The position numbers and the translations under genes are program-made. Source: Myxococcales bacterium (GTDB lineage: Bacteria > Myxococcota > UBA727 > GCA-2721815). From it: DNA of 64,000 nt. How positions within the stretch are numbered: position 1 is the stretch's first letter; each line of letters begins with the position of its first letter. Below the pieces are notes generated by a model that worked only from the letters and a program-made list of their open reading frames with translations, had not been told where the DNA came from and did not search any database. The stretch lies in contig PBLQ01000021.1 in NCBI GenBank assembly GCA_002721815.1, positions 65,460 through 129,459 of the forward strand, given 5' to 3'. This document shows positions 47,366 to 56,982 of this stretch, in pieces.

Positions 47366-49591
47366 ATGACGGCACGACTGATTTATACAACCATCTTGAG
47401 TTGGGCTTTATTGCTCGGTTGTCTGCGCGAGCGCGAAGAATGGACGCCGCCCGAGGATGTGGGTGGTCCCGGACAGCCTTGCTATTCCGACAACACCTGC
47501 AACGAAGGGCTGGATTGCGAAGAAGGGGTTTGTGTGGATCCGGCAGCGCTGGCACCGGCTGGGCCAGATGCTGGACCAAAGCCAGCCACTATTCAAGTAA
47601 GTACGGACTCGTTGAATTATGGTGTGGTTGACGTTGGCTCAATTTCGACGCTCCTTGTAGACATAACAAATACCGGCGATGAAGAACTGGAAGTTACGAA
47701 CTTTTCCATTATCCCGTCAGGCTATCTTTTTGCTGTAGAAGAAGATGCACCTTTGTGGGTGCTGCCGGGCCAAAGCGAAAGAATCCATGTCGCTTTTTGG
47801 CCCACCGCGGTGGACCAGTACATTGGCTCACTCAAAATCTACAGCAACGATGACAACCGAGGGGTTGCATTAATAAATCTTGATGGTGTGGCCGAAACCT
47901 TTTGTGGCAGTTGCAATTCACCGCCTGCATCCATTTGTCACCCCAGCGGCGATCTTTTACATTTTATTGAAGATGGCCCTTGTTCTGATGGAGAAGGCAG
48001 CTGCTCGTACACCGCGGTGATGGAAGAATGCGCAAATTTTTGTGAAATAGATGTGTGTCTCGGAGGAGCATCAAGTACCGACGGTGGTGCGCCAGAAACC
48101 GCTGAGCCTGTGGACGCCGGCCATACCGCTAGTCCCTCTCATGACGCCGGCCATTCCTCCAGTACCTGCATCGACCCAGACGATGACGGTATTTGTTCTG
48201 AAAATGACAACTGCCCCCTCATCCCCAACTCCGAACAAGCAGACAGCGATGGGGACGGTGTGGGAAACCTTTGCGATACCTGTCCAGAGGGAATGTCACC
48301 CGATGAAGAAGCGGCAGGGCCTTTCAGTGATTACGATTACGACAGCGATGGTTGCCAAGATCATATTGAAGATAACGACGATGATAACGATGGGGTTTCA
48401 AACAACGTCGATAATTGCCTAAGAGGCGAATTGAATTGGACCTCCGATTCACAGACCGATATCGATAGCGATGGGTGTCGTGACGACAGCCTTGAGGACC
48501 TTGATGATGATAATGATGGGGTGTCCGATGGGGTTTGGGTAAAAGTAGTCGCCAGCCGACAACATGTGTGTGGGATTTACAGTACCGGAGCCTTAAGATG
48601 CTGGGGGGAATACCCTTTTTCAGAAGGAGACAATTTTTCATCAACCGATGGCTCCGAAGATGGAGGCAACAAAGATTCGACAGTAGGTTGGCGTGATGTC
48701 ACAGTATCTGCTAACTATGGGACTTGCGGGGTCAGAAACGATAGTTCGCTCGCATGTTGGGATGGGCCTTCTATAAATGAAATATTTACGGCCTATTCTG
48801 GTGATGAGGAGAACCCCACTCAAGGATGGAAAACCATTAGTCTGGGGGGCTCGGATTATGAGGGAGTTTTTCTTTTTTGTGGTACCAAGGAAGATGGCAC
48901 CATAGCTTGTGGCGGAGATTATGAAGAACCTGCGAATACTCAGGTGCCGATAACCTCGACTACTTGGCAAATGGTAAGTGTTGCTATGTCATTCGCTTGT
49001 GGTTTACACGGCTCAGGTGAGTTGACTTGTTGGGGATGGAATAACATTACCGATCATGAAGAGGAAACACAACGAATAGGTGGAACCGAACAGCATGTTA
49101 GCGATCGTCGCTATAAATCCGTTTCTACCGGAATATACGCAAGCAATAGGCAGTATGTTTGTGCCGTTAGAAAGAATGGTGTTTTAGACTGCTGGGATTA
49201 CAGTAATGAAGCGCAATTGACAGAGGGCTTTCCAAGTTTTGCGCAAGGGAAATGGGAAAGTGTCAGTACGGGGCTGCATCATGCATGCGGTATTTTAGAC
49301 GATGGAACTATGGAGTGCTGGGGGAATTGTGACGGATCAGGTTATTGCGATGTGCTTGATAATAGCGATTGGATAGCAGTAAGTGTAAACAATAGATTTT
49401 CTTGTGGCATCAGAAGGAACGGCACTTTGGAATGTTGGGGAGAAGACTCTAACGGTCAGTTAAGCGTGCCCGAAATGAGCGGAGGCGACAACTGCCCCCT
49501 CATCCCCAACCCCGATCAAGCAGACAGCGATAACGATGGCATTGGCGATGCCTGTGATGGGGATTCATCGGTGGTTGACGGCGGTACCTAA
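47366..49591 (+). CDS. large lipoprotein with thrombospondin type-3 (Ca-binding) repeats and six RCC1-like beta-propeller repeats
   Basis: Lipobox 'LLLGC'. '[24 protein letters not shown]' TSP3 repeats. Repeated '..CG(I/V)...G.L.CWG' RCC1-like blades. Start moved to 'MTARLIY' to remove overlap. Confidence 0.7.
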   Translation: MTARLIYTTILSWALLLGCLREREEWTPPEDVGGPGQPCYSDNTCNEGLDCEEGVCVDPAALAPAGPDAGPKPATIQVSTDSLNYGVVDVGSISTLLVDITNTGDEELEVTNFSIIPSGYLFAVEEDAPLWVLPGQSERIHVAFWPTAVDQYIGSLKIYSNDDNRGVALINLDGVAETFCGSCNSPPASICHPSGDLLHFIEDGPCSDGEGSCSYTAVMEECANFCEIDVCLGGASSTDGGAPETAEPVDAGHTASPSHDAGHSSSTCIDPDDDGICSENDNCPLIPNSEQADSDGDGVGNLCDTCPEGMSPDEEAAGPFSDYDYDSDGCQDHIEDNDDDNDGVSNNVDNCLRGELNWTSDSQTDIDSDGCRDDSLEDLDDDNDGVSDGVWVKVVASRQHVCGIYSTGALRCWGEYPFSEGDNFSSTDGSEDGGNKDSTVGWRDVTVSANYGTCGVRNDSSLACWDGPSINEIFTAYSGDEENPTQGWKTISLGGSDYEGVFLFCGTKEDGTIACGGDYEEPANTQVPITSTTWQMVSVAMSFACGLHGSGELTCWGWNNITDHEEETQRIGGTEQHVSDRRYKSVSTGIYASNRQYVCAVRKNGVLDCWDYSNEAQLTEGFPSFAQGKWESVSTGLHHACGILDDGTMECWGNCDGSGYCDVLDNSDWIAVSVNNRFSCGIRRNGTLECWGEDSNGQLSVPEMSGGDNCPLIPNPDQADSDNDGIGDACDGDSSVVDGGT

Positions 49592-49693
49592 ACCACAAAT
49601 TCAGACGCCGGCAATACCGCTGCCCCCTCCCATGACGCTGGCCAAATCAATTCTTCGCCATTGATTGATGGAGGTGTCACTGAAGTGCCTTAG
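49592..49693 (+). pseudogene. in-frame post-stop remnant of the TSP3/RCC1 gene duplicating an internal '[13 protein letters not shown]' segment
   Basis: The 34 in-frame codons after TAA(49589-49591) encode 'TTNSDAGNTAAPSHDAGQ...'. The nucleotides at 49601..49645 are about 80% identical to the internal segment at 48109..48153. Confidence 0.4.
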
Positions 49694-49745
49694 CGATACA
49701 ATGAATCATTCGCACCCTTACCGGCTACAAAGTTAAAACCCCCCC

Positions 49746-49773
49746 AAAAGCCGCCCCCGGGGCGGTTTTTTTG
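49746..49773 (+). terminator. rho-independent terminator (copy B of the repeated element)
   Basis: GCCGCCCCCGGGGCGG hairpin + T7. The flank 'CCCCCCC...AAAAGCCGCCC' is near-identical to copy A at 46300..46349. Confidence 0.7.
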
Positions 49774-49880
49774 TGCGCTCGAGTTGAGTCCTGCGAGGGG
49801 AAACCCTATATTTAAAAAAAGCACATGCATCGGACATGGGGATGTCCAACACTGAGGTGCGTGTGCCTAGGGGAGGAAAG

Positions 49881-50348
49881 ATGCTTCACAAATCAGCTGT
49901 TATGGCCAAAGACATCATGATTACCACGGTGCGTTCGGTGCGTGCCCGTGACTCCATTTTCGACGCCACACAGATGTTATGTAAAAACGGGTTTTCGGGG
50001 GCACCCGTTTTGGACGATGATGGACGTCTGCAGGGCATTCTGTCCGAAAAAGATTGTATTCATGCTTTTTTAAATGCCATCCATCACCGCTCACCGCCCG
50101 TCCTGGTTGAAGAGGTGATGACCACGCAAGTGATCACCGTAACCGAAGAAACCGGCATTTTAGATGTGGCCCATTTGTTCGTCGATAAAGGATTGCGAAG
50201 GGTGCCTGTTACCCGTGAGGGTTTGCTGGTGGGTCAAATCAGTCGCCGGGATTTGTTGCGTCAAATATTACAAATCTTTGAGGGCTCTAAAGATCATGAA
50301 GCCGCCATCTTATATTTGAGCGCGCTGGAACGAAGCGCCCCCGTATAG
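49881..50348 (+). CDS. CBS-domain pair protein
   Basis: Two CBS motifs ('..VRSVRARDSIFDATQMLCKNGFSGAPVLDDDGRLQGILSEKD', '..VITVTEETGILDVAHLFVDKGLRRVPV..'). Start moved to the ATG preceded by a GGGGAGGAAAG RBS. Confidence 0.7.
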   Translation: MLHKSAVMAKDIMITTVRSVRARDSIFDATQMLCKNGFSGAPVLDDDGRLQGILSEKDCIHAFLNAIHHRSPPVLVEEVMTTQVITVTEETGILDVAHLFVDKGLRRVPVTREGLLVGQISRRDLLRQILQIFEGSKDHEAAILYLSALERSAPV

Positions 50349-50582
50349 GTAAGATGGTGCCCCAAGATTCCTGGGCCGATGCGCTCATTTGGGCCTTTGG
50401 AGGCACGGCGCAGGAGCAAAAACCCGAATTGCTGAACCAGGAATCCCATCATTTGAGCTGTTTCGTTCGGTGCCCCAAAAATAAAAAACGTTTAAAAACA
50501 GTTAATTAAAGCGTTTTGGCCCCCAATTGACAGCATCCCCCATTTGACGGACGCCAAAGAATGATTTTAGTGGCTATATAAA

Positions 50583-50606
50583 ACCGAACGCTATTCGGTT
50601 TTTTTG
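50583..50606 (+). terminator. hairpin + T7 located 25 nt upstream of the ACAD paralog 2 start (possible terminator or attenuator)
   Basis: ACCGAACGCTATTCGGT followed by TTTTTTT. Confidence 0.35.
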
Positions 50607-50630
50607 ATCTGACAGGGAAAGGGGCGCCAC

Positions 50631-52454
50631 ATGAGCATGACTCACCATTATAAAAGTAACCTTCGAGATATTTACTTCAATTTATTCGAAATGAATGGGG
50701 TGCAAAATTACGCCTTGGGCAAAGGGCCTTATGCCAACATGGATGAAGACACCATGAAGGACATCCTCAAAACATTTGAAGGGGTGTGCCAAGATGATTT
50801 TGCCCGCTCCTTTGTGGAATCTGATCGTGTCCCACTGCAACTGACTGATGAGGGCGATGTGATTTTGCCCGAAGGTTTAAAGCAAACCATGAAATCCTTC
50901 TTTGACGGTGAGTGGCACCGTATGGAGTTGCCCGAGCACCTGGGTGGTTACGGCATTCCTCGGTCGGCTTATTGGGGCGCTTACGAGCTGATGGTGGGGG
51001 CCAATCCCGCCGCGACCTTTTACTTATTTGGTAACTTTGTGGCCATGGCCATTGATGGCATGGGGACCGAAACGCAAAAGCAGCGATTTGTGCAACCCAT
51101 TTTAGATCGCCACTGGGGCGGCACCATGGTTCTCACCGAGCCGAATGCAGGCAGCGATGTGGGCGCGGGCCGTTCCAAAGCACGACACATTGAAGGCGAC
51201 GTTTATGAGCTGGAAGGCGTCAAACGTTTTATTACCAACGGTGATTTTGACGGTGTGGAAAACATCGTCCACTTGGTGTTGGCACGGCCTGAAGGTGCAG
51301 GGGGCGGGACCAAGGGGTTATCCTTGTTTGTGGTGCCCAAATACTGGGTGAACGAAGACGGTTCTTTGGGTGAACGCAACGGCGTCTTCTGTACCAACAT
51401 CGAAAAGAAAATGGGCCTCAAGGGGTCTGCAACTTGCGAGATGACCCTGGGTGAAAACATGCCTTGCCGTGGCTTGTTACTCGGTGAAGTGCACAGCGGC
51501 ATTGCTCAAATGTTTAACGTGATCGAGTTTGCGCGCATGGCCATTGGGGTGAAATCAGCCTCCACTTTATCGACGGCTTATTTGAATTCTTTGGAATATG
51601 CCAAAGATCGTGTTCAAGGGCCGGACATGAAAAACGCCATGGACAAAAGTTCACCTCGAGTGAGCATTATCAACCATCCCAACGTGCGCCGAAATCTGTA
51701 TCAGCAAAAAGCATACGCAGAAGGATTGCGTGCGTTGAACCTTTACGTGGGATCTCTTCAAGACAAAGTGGCTTTGGCTGAAGCGGCTGGCGACCAAGAG
51801 CTGGCTGAAGACCTCGCCTTGCGCAATGACTTGTTGTTGCCCATCGTCAAAGGTTTTGGTTCTGAAAAGGTGTACCAGTTGTTGTCTGATTCGTTGCAGG
51901 TTTTGGGCGGCTCAGGCTACTGCATGGATTATCCTCACGAGCAATACATTCGAGATCAAAAAATCGATACGCTCTATGAAGGAACCACGCACATTCAATC
52001 TTTAGACCTCATCTTTAGAAAGATCGTTCGAGACAATGGCGCCTCCTTAAAGACGTTCTTAAAAGATGTGGAGTTAACGATTTCTTCCGAAGAGGGAGGC
52101 GAAGAACTAGCGGAAGCACGGGGGGCCTTGGCCAAGGCGTTGCATTCGTTGGGCAGCATGTTTGAGGGGCTGCTGCCCAAAATGATGGAGTCGGTTTACC
52201 ACGTGGGTCTCCACGGTAATCGGATTCTGATGGCATTGGGGGAAACTGTGGTGGCTTGGTTGTTAATTCGACAAGCGGCTGTTGCCGCAACAAAGCTGCC
52301 CGATGCGGTGGGCGCTGATGCCCACTTCTATAAAGGGAAAATCACGGCGGCACGTTTCTTTGCACGGGAGCGTTTGCCTGAAGTGACTTTGCACCAAAAG
52401 GTTGTGAGTAACAGCGTTTTGGATCTGATGGAGCTGCAAGAAGAAGATTTCTAG
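50631..52454 (+). CDS. long-chain acyl-CoA dehydrogenase, paralog 2
   Basis: Colinear with paralog 1 ('HYKSNLRDI.FNLFE', 'GTMVLTEPNAGSDVGA', 'FITNGDF'). Confidence 0.85.
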   Translation: MSMTHHYKSNLRDIYFNLFEMNGVQNYALGKGPYANMDEDTMKDILKTFEGVCQDDFARSFVESDRVPLQLTDEGDVILPEGLKQTMKSFFDGEWHRMELPEHLGGYGIPRSAYWGAYELMVGANPAATFYLFGNFVAMAIDGMGTETQKQRFVQPILDRHWGGTMVLTEPNAGSDVGAGRSKARHIEGDVYELEGVKRFITNGDFDGVENIVHLVLARPEGAGGGTKGLSLFVVPKYWVNEDGSLGERNGVFCTNIEKKMGLKGSATCEMTLGENMPCRGLLLGEVHSGIAQMFNVIEFARMAIGVKSASTLSTAYLNSLEYAKDRVQGPDMKNAMDKSSPRVSIINHPNVRRNLYQQKAYAEGLRALNLYVGSLQDKVALAEAAGDQELAEDLALRNDLLLPIVKGFGSEKVYQLLSDSLQVLGGSGYCMDYPHEQYIRDQKIDTLYEGTTHIQSLDLIFRKIVRDNGASLKTFLKDVELTISSEEGGEELAEARGALAKALHSLGSMFEGLLPKMMESVYHVGLHGNRILMALGETVVAWLLIRQAAVAATKLPDAVGADAHFYKGKITAARFFARERLPEVTLHQKVVSNSVLDLMELQEEDF

Positions 52455-52497
52455 CGTTTCTCATTCCCGGGGGGGAAGTGAAAATCAGACTTGGGGA

Positions 52498-52529
52498 TAT
52501 GCCCTCGCTGCAAGGCGGGGGCTTTTTTT
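52498..52529. terminator. bidirectional terminator between convergent ACAD-2 and flavoenzyme genes
   Basis: GCCCTCGC-TGCAA-GGCGGGGGC hairpin followed by T7. Confidence 0.55.
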
Positions 52530-53817
52530 ATGCCTGCCCCAGTTGGCTGGCCAATTCGCGGGCCTGAACAATGTTGTCTTCAATGGCGCAATAGGTCCAA
52601 TCCCCGTACCGGCCAATGCTGTGAATGCCTTGGGCTTCCAGCTGGGGTTTCAAGTTTTGCCATTGGGTGAGCGCCGCTTGATTGATGTGGACATAGGCGG
52701 GATTCATGATCACGGAATGCCAAGAAATGAGTTGTTGTTCCTTAACGATGCCAGCTTTACTCAAATCCGCTAAAACCCGCTCTTTCTCCGCTTCAACATC
52801 CAGTGCCTCGTCGTCTTTGGCACCAATTTCCACGTACAGGCTCATGCGATCGGTGCCAAAAATATTGTCATAAAACCCCACCCGATAAAATCGCAAATCT
52901 CTTTGGGGGAAATAAAGCCAGTTCACATTGTCAGGCCCTTTGGCATCAAACCCGAGATTGAACACCAAGACTTTGTTCCAGGAGAAAACAGTTTCATCAA
53001 AGGGCAAGCCACTCATGCGCAACAGGTGCACCAAGGGGACAGAGGAAACCAAATGCGTATATTGAACGGGCCCTTGCGAGGTGTGCGCTGTTTTTTGGGC
53101 CACGTCCAAACCATCGAGAGAGGTGTTGTATTGCAGCAAGTCTTCAGGCAGATCGTGCAGCAGTGCATTCACGTATTCGATGGCGCCACCTTCGGGGTAG
53201 GTGAAGGTGCTGTTGTAACTTTGGTTGTTGGCCTGCCGCATGTTGCGAATGATATCGTCGGTGTCGGCATGGGGAAAAAAGCGCCCCATGGCATTCACAT
53301 CGAGCTCACCCAAATCACAGGCGTAAAGCTTTTCATTGTACGGAATCAGGAACTTCTCGGAGATGCCTTTTCCCAAGCGCGCAAAAAGCATCTCTTTAAA
53401 GTTGGCCGGCGTGTCGTAAGGGTAGTCTTCGCCTTTAAAATACAGGTCGGCCAAACATTGGGTGAATTCTTCTTGGGGCAGCTGGTGGATGTTTTTTTGA
53501 AAAGGGAAATCGATCCAGCGATCGCCATAATAGATGGATGACTTTTTGGCGACCGTTTTTATATTTTGCCCGGGCATCCGTTGCCGCAGCCAGCTTTCGA
53601 TTTCAGGGTGTTTAAAATGGAAGAAGTGGCCTGAATAATCCCAGACAAACCCATCTTGTTTGATGGTTTTACAATAGCCACCGGGACCCTCATCGCGGTC
53701 AATAATGAGAATGCTGGGCATGGGTTTTTGTGCATCTTTGGCTTGTTGCCGGAGCGCATTGGCGGTGGCCAGTCCACTGATGCCAGCACCCACGATGAGA
53801 TAGTCCACTTGTTTCAT
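52528..53817 (-). CDS. FAD/NAD(P)-binding oxidoreductase (UDP-galactopyranose-mutase/amine-oxidase-like)
   Basis: 'DYLIVGAGISGLATA' dinucleotide-binding motif and 'GGYCKT...YSGHFFHFK' reminiscent of Glf 'GGN..T...YGAHIFHT'. Confidence 0.55.
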   Translation of the reverse strand: MKQVDYLIVGAGISGLATANALRQQAKDAQKPMPSILIIDRDEGPGGYCKTIKQDGFVWDYSGHFFHFKHPEIESWLRQRMPGQNIKTVAKKSSIYYGDRWIDFPFQKNIHQLPQEEFTQCLADLYFKGEDYPYDTPANFKEMLFARLGKGISEKFLIPYNEKLYACDLGELDVNAMGRFFPHADTDDIIRNMRQANNQSYNSTFTYPEGGAIEYVNALLHDLPEDLLQYNTSLDGLDVAQKTAHTSQGPVQYTHLVSSVPLVHLLRMSGLPFDETVFSWNKVLVFNLGFDAKGPDNVNWLYFPQRDLRFYRVGFYDNIFGTDRMSLYVEIGAKDDEALDVEAEKERVLADLSKAGIVKEQQLISWHSVIMNPAYVHINQAALTQWQNLKPQLEAQGIHSIGRYGDWTYCAIEDNIVQARELASQLGQA

Positions 53818-53839
53818 GATTTGAGGGCCTCTTGCTGCA

Positions 53840-55258
53840 TTACTTCTCTACTGTGGGCTGGGTGTGCACCCGAATCAAGTCAGGTTTGCGAAAATCATCT
53901 TTCTTTTTACCGGGTCGTTTTCTTTTTTTCTTGGCCGGCTTGTTTTTAGGCGGTGGCGGTGTTTCTGCCTTGACCGGTTGTGTTGGCGGTACAGGGGCCG
54001 TTTCAATGGGGGTGGGTGGGGGGGACGGCGGTGTGGGGGGAGGCGGCTTTTGGGTGACCGGTTCGGCAGGCCGGATGGGCAGGGGTTGGGGGGCCAAAGC
54101 ATAGGTGGCGATGCCCCAGGCCAGCAGTGCGCTGCAAGCGAACAGGATGACGGAAAAAAGAATCAGAGTGGGGCGGTCGTTATTGGACGTTCCTGGATGG
54201 GTAGGTCCTGTTCGATGAGAGACCGTGCGCTCATGGTCCATGCCAAAAGAAAAGCGGGTGGCTGGTGCGGTGGGGTCTTCAGAGTTGGAGTCGTGAAAAT
54301 TCCCGTTGGCTTGTGCCAAAATGGCCAGTTCGCCAGCCGCGGTGGGAGGAATGGTAAGGGCGTCTTCGCGCAGGGCCGTTTGGGTTTCCTCTGGAATGTC
54401 ATCAGGATTTTTGAGCGCCTGCGCCAATGCCGACTGAAAGGCGGCCATGTTTTTGTAGCGGTTGTCGGGGCTTTTGCAAAGGGCGCGCATGACGCATGCG
54501 TTGAGTGCCGGTGAAATGTCCGTATCGGAATTGACGGATGCCGGTGTTCGAGGCGGCACATGAACGTGTTGGTAACACAGGGTGGCTAAATCTTTGCCGC
54601 GGAAGGGAGGCTTTCCCGTGAGCATGGTGTATAAAACGATGCCCAGTGAATACAAATCGGAACGGCCGTCCACGTCGTAGCCTAAGAGTTGCTCTGGGGC
54701 CATGGTGCTGTACGTGCCCACAATGAGGCCGTCGCGGGTGAGGGTGTTTTCCGTTTCATCCAGAATCTTGGCCACGCCAAAATCCAATAACTTTACAAAA
54801 TCGGTGTCGTCCTTTTTCTGTGTCAAAATCACATTGGCCGGTTTTAAATCACGATGGATAATTCCTTGCTCGTGAGCAGCCCCCAAAGCACTGCACATAT
54901 GCGATGTAATGTGAACGGCGCGTTCAGCGGACAAAAATGGTTTGTCCCTGAGCGCTTGGGAAAGGACGACCCCTTCGATCAGCTCCATGACCAGGTACAG
55001 TTCGCCTTCTTTGGTTTTGCCAAAGTTGAGCACTTCCACCACATGTTCATTTTTGATGCGCCCGATGGAGCGGGCCTCCCGCAAAAATCGTTTTTCGGTG
55101 GCAGGGTCTGCCGTGAGATTGGGGTGTAAAATTTTGATGGCCACTTCTCGTTCGAGAATGGTGTGCACCCCTTTATAAACCACCCCCATGCCACCTTGGC
55201 CGATGACTTCTAAAAGGAGATAATCCCCCTGGATGGGATGTGGGAGCTGCTTTGCCAT
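53840..55258 (-). CDS. Hanks-type Ser/Thr protein kinase with C-terminal TM helix and Pro-rich, basic tail
   Basis: 'VIGQGGMGVVYKG', 'AIKIL', 'HRDLKPANVIL', 'DFGVAK', 'APE' kinase subdomains. 'LILFSVILFACSALLAWGIA' TM followed by 'PPPPTPPSPPPTP...KKKRKRPGKKK'. Confidence 0.8.
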   Translation of the reverse strand: MAKQLPHPIQGDYLLLEVIGQGGMGVVYKGVHTILEREVAIKILHPNLTADPATEKRFLREARSIGRIKNEHVVEVLNFGKTKEGELYLVMELIEGVVLSQALRDKPFLSAERAVHITSHMCSALGAAHEQGIIHRDLKPANVILTQKKDDTDFVKLLDFGVAKILDETENTLTRDGLIVGTYSTMAPEQLLGYDVDGRSDLYSLGIVLYTMLTGKPPFRGKDLATLCYQHVHVPPRTPASVNSDTDISPALNACVMRALCKSPDNRYKNMAAFQSALAQALKNPDDIPEETQTALREDALTIPPTAAGELAILAQANGNFHDSNSEDPTAPATRFSFGMDHERTVSHRTGPTHPGTSNNDRPTLILFSVILFACSALLAWGIATYALAPQPLPIRPAEPVTQKPPPPTPPSPPPTPIETAPVPPTQPVKAETPPPPKNKPAKKKRKRPGKKKDDFRKPDLIRVHTQPTVEK

Positions 55259-55550
55259 GTTTTCTCATAGAACCTTTTGGGGGCCTGTGTATAATCCAGG
55301 ATAACGCGGCGCGTCAATAAGGTTTTAGCCAGCAAAAAGACTCAAAATACTGGAGGGTTACATATTTTCGTAATTGCTGCTTTCAGTGGTTTGTATAAAA
55401 GACGACCGAATTGATGGGTTTTCACTTGGATCATCCTCTTAATAAGGAAATCGGCGGTAACGGGCCCAGCTAAAATTGCTTCGCCATTGTCCCGGTGGTA
55501 ATTCTGAGCGGTCTCTGGCCCGATGAATTGCTAGTGGCATAACCGCAGAG

Positions 55551-56252
55551 GTGTACATGCCTTCACAAACAGATGCTTCACAAATCCACCCCGTCTGGGA
55601 AGAGAAATACCAAGCAGGACATGCAGAACGGTACCCTTGGGATGTGGTGGTTAGCTTTGTATATAAAAACCGGCCCAAAAATAAGCGCCTCAGTGATATT
55701 TCTGTTTGTGAAGTGGGGTTCGGCAGCGGCTGTAACTTGTGGTTTGCCGCCCGTGAAGGCTTTCAAGTATCGGGCATTGAAGGGAGCCCTGCGGCCGTTC
55801 GATTCGCTCAAAATCGATTCGCCGAAGAAGGCTTAAGCGGTGATTTACGCCTGGGTAATTTTTGTAACTTACCTTTTGAGAGCCTTTCTTTTGATTTGGT
55901 GATCGATCGCGCCTCTTTGGCATGTGTAGGGAAAGCAACAAACAAAGTTGCGCTAAGAGAAATCCATCGTGTCCTTAAGCCTGGGGGGAGATTTTTGTAT
56001 AACCCTTACGGAGCGGCGCATACCAGTAATGCGATGAGTTCTGAAGGACCGGATGGCTCAAGAACTCAAATACAAGGAGGCAGTTTGGTTGGGGTTGGAG
56101 ATATATCCTTTTACACTCAAACCGAATTGGAAGATTCGTTTACAGGCTTGGATTGGACATTTTTATCCATGGAGAATCGTCGGTTAGTTCAACACATTGG
56201 AGATGCCGATGTTATACATGAGGATTGGGTTGTTGTTGTTGAGAAAAGATAA
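55551..56252 (+). CDS. class I SAM-dependent methyltransferase
   Basis: 'VCEVGFGSGCNLWFAAREGFQVSGIE' motif I and post-I. 'VLKPGGRFL' motif III. Confidence 0.6.
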   Translation: MYMPSQTDASQIHPVWEEKYQAGHAERYPWDVVVSFVYKNRPKNKRLSDISVCEVGFGSGCNLWFAAREGFQVSGIEGSPAAVRFAQNRFAEEGLSGDLRLGNFCNLPFESLSFDLVIDRASLACVGKATNKVALREIHRVLKPGGRFLYNPYGAAHTSNAMSSEGPDGSRTQIQGGSLVGVGDISFYTQTELEDSFTGLDWTFLSMENRRLVQHIGDADVIHEDWVVVVEKR

Positions 56253-56270
56253 CCGTAAGAAGGGGATGCA

Positions 56271-56972
56271 ATGATCGTTTCCATTTCACAACCAGCCTAT
56301 TTGCCTTGGTTGGGTTATTTTGACCGCTTGAGGCGCTCAGACGTGGCAGTGGTTCTTGACCATGTTCAGTTAGAGCGTCGTGGTTTTACGCATCGTAATA
56401 AAATTTTGAACCAAGGTAAGCCCATGTGGCTGAGCATTCCGCTTAACAAGAAAGGTAACTTTCAAACCACCATCAACGAGATAACGGTTAATAATGACGA
56501 GAAGTGGCAGCACAAACATTGGCAAACGATCTTACAATGCTACAAAAAAGCACCACATTTTATCGAATTGAAGAATGAACTGGCTTCATTTTACGAAAAA
56601 GATTGGGTGCTTCTTAACGAGCTTTTAAAATCCATGACGCCTTTTTGGATGGGGAAACTGGGGATAGATACTCCCATGGTGTTTAGTTCGGAGATAGAAT
56701 TACAGCATACGAAGAGTGATTTGATTTTGGAGTTATGTCGAAAACAAAAAGCGACCAAATATCTTTCCGGCCCTTTTGGTCGCGATTACTTAGAAACAAA
56801 AAGTTTTCAAGATGCAGGAATTGAAATCATTTATCACGATTATGAGCACCCTGTTTACCGGCAGCAATCAGATAATTTTGAACCATTTTTATCTATCCTA
56901 GACTTGATGGCTAATCACGGTGATGAATCCTTAAGCCTTCTAGCGGCCGGAAGCCCAGTAAAGAAAGCGTAA
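56271..56972 (+). CDS. WbqC-family protein (polysaccharide biosynthesis)
   Basis: 'MIVSISQPAYLPWLGYFDRL' is the characteristic WbqC-like N-terminus. Confidence 0.65.
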   Translation: MIVSISQPAYLPWLGYFDRLRRSDVAVVLDHVQLERRGFTHRNKILNQGKPMWLSIPLNKKGNFQTTINEITVNNDEKWQHKHWQTILQCYKKAPHFIELKNELASFYEKDWVLLNELLKSMTPFWMGKLGIDTPMVFSSEIELQHTKSDLILELCRKQKATKYLSGPFGRDYLETKSFQDAGIEIIYHDYEHPVYRQQSDNFEPFLSILDLMANHGDESLSLLAAGSPVKKA

Positions 56973-56982
56973 TGGATATACC

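Noticed and set aside
50540-50580. Possible sigma70 promoter (TTGACG ... TATATA) upstream of ACAD-2
   Set aside because: The spacing between the candidate -35 and -10 hexamers is about 25 nt, outside the functional 16-19 nt range.
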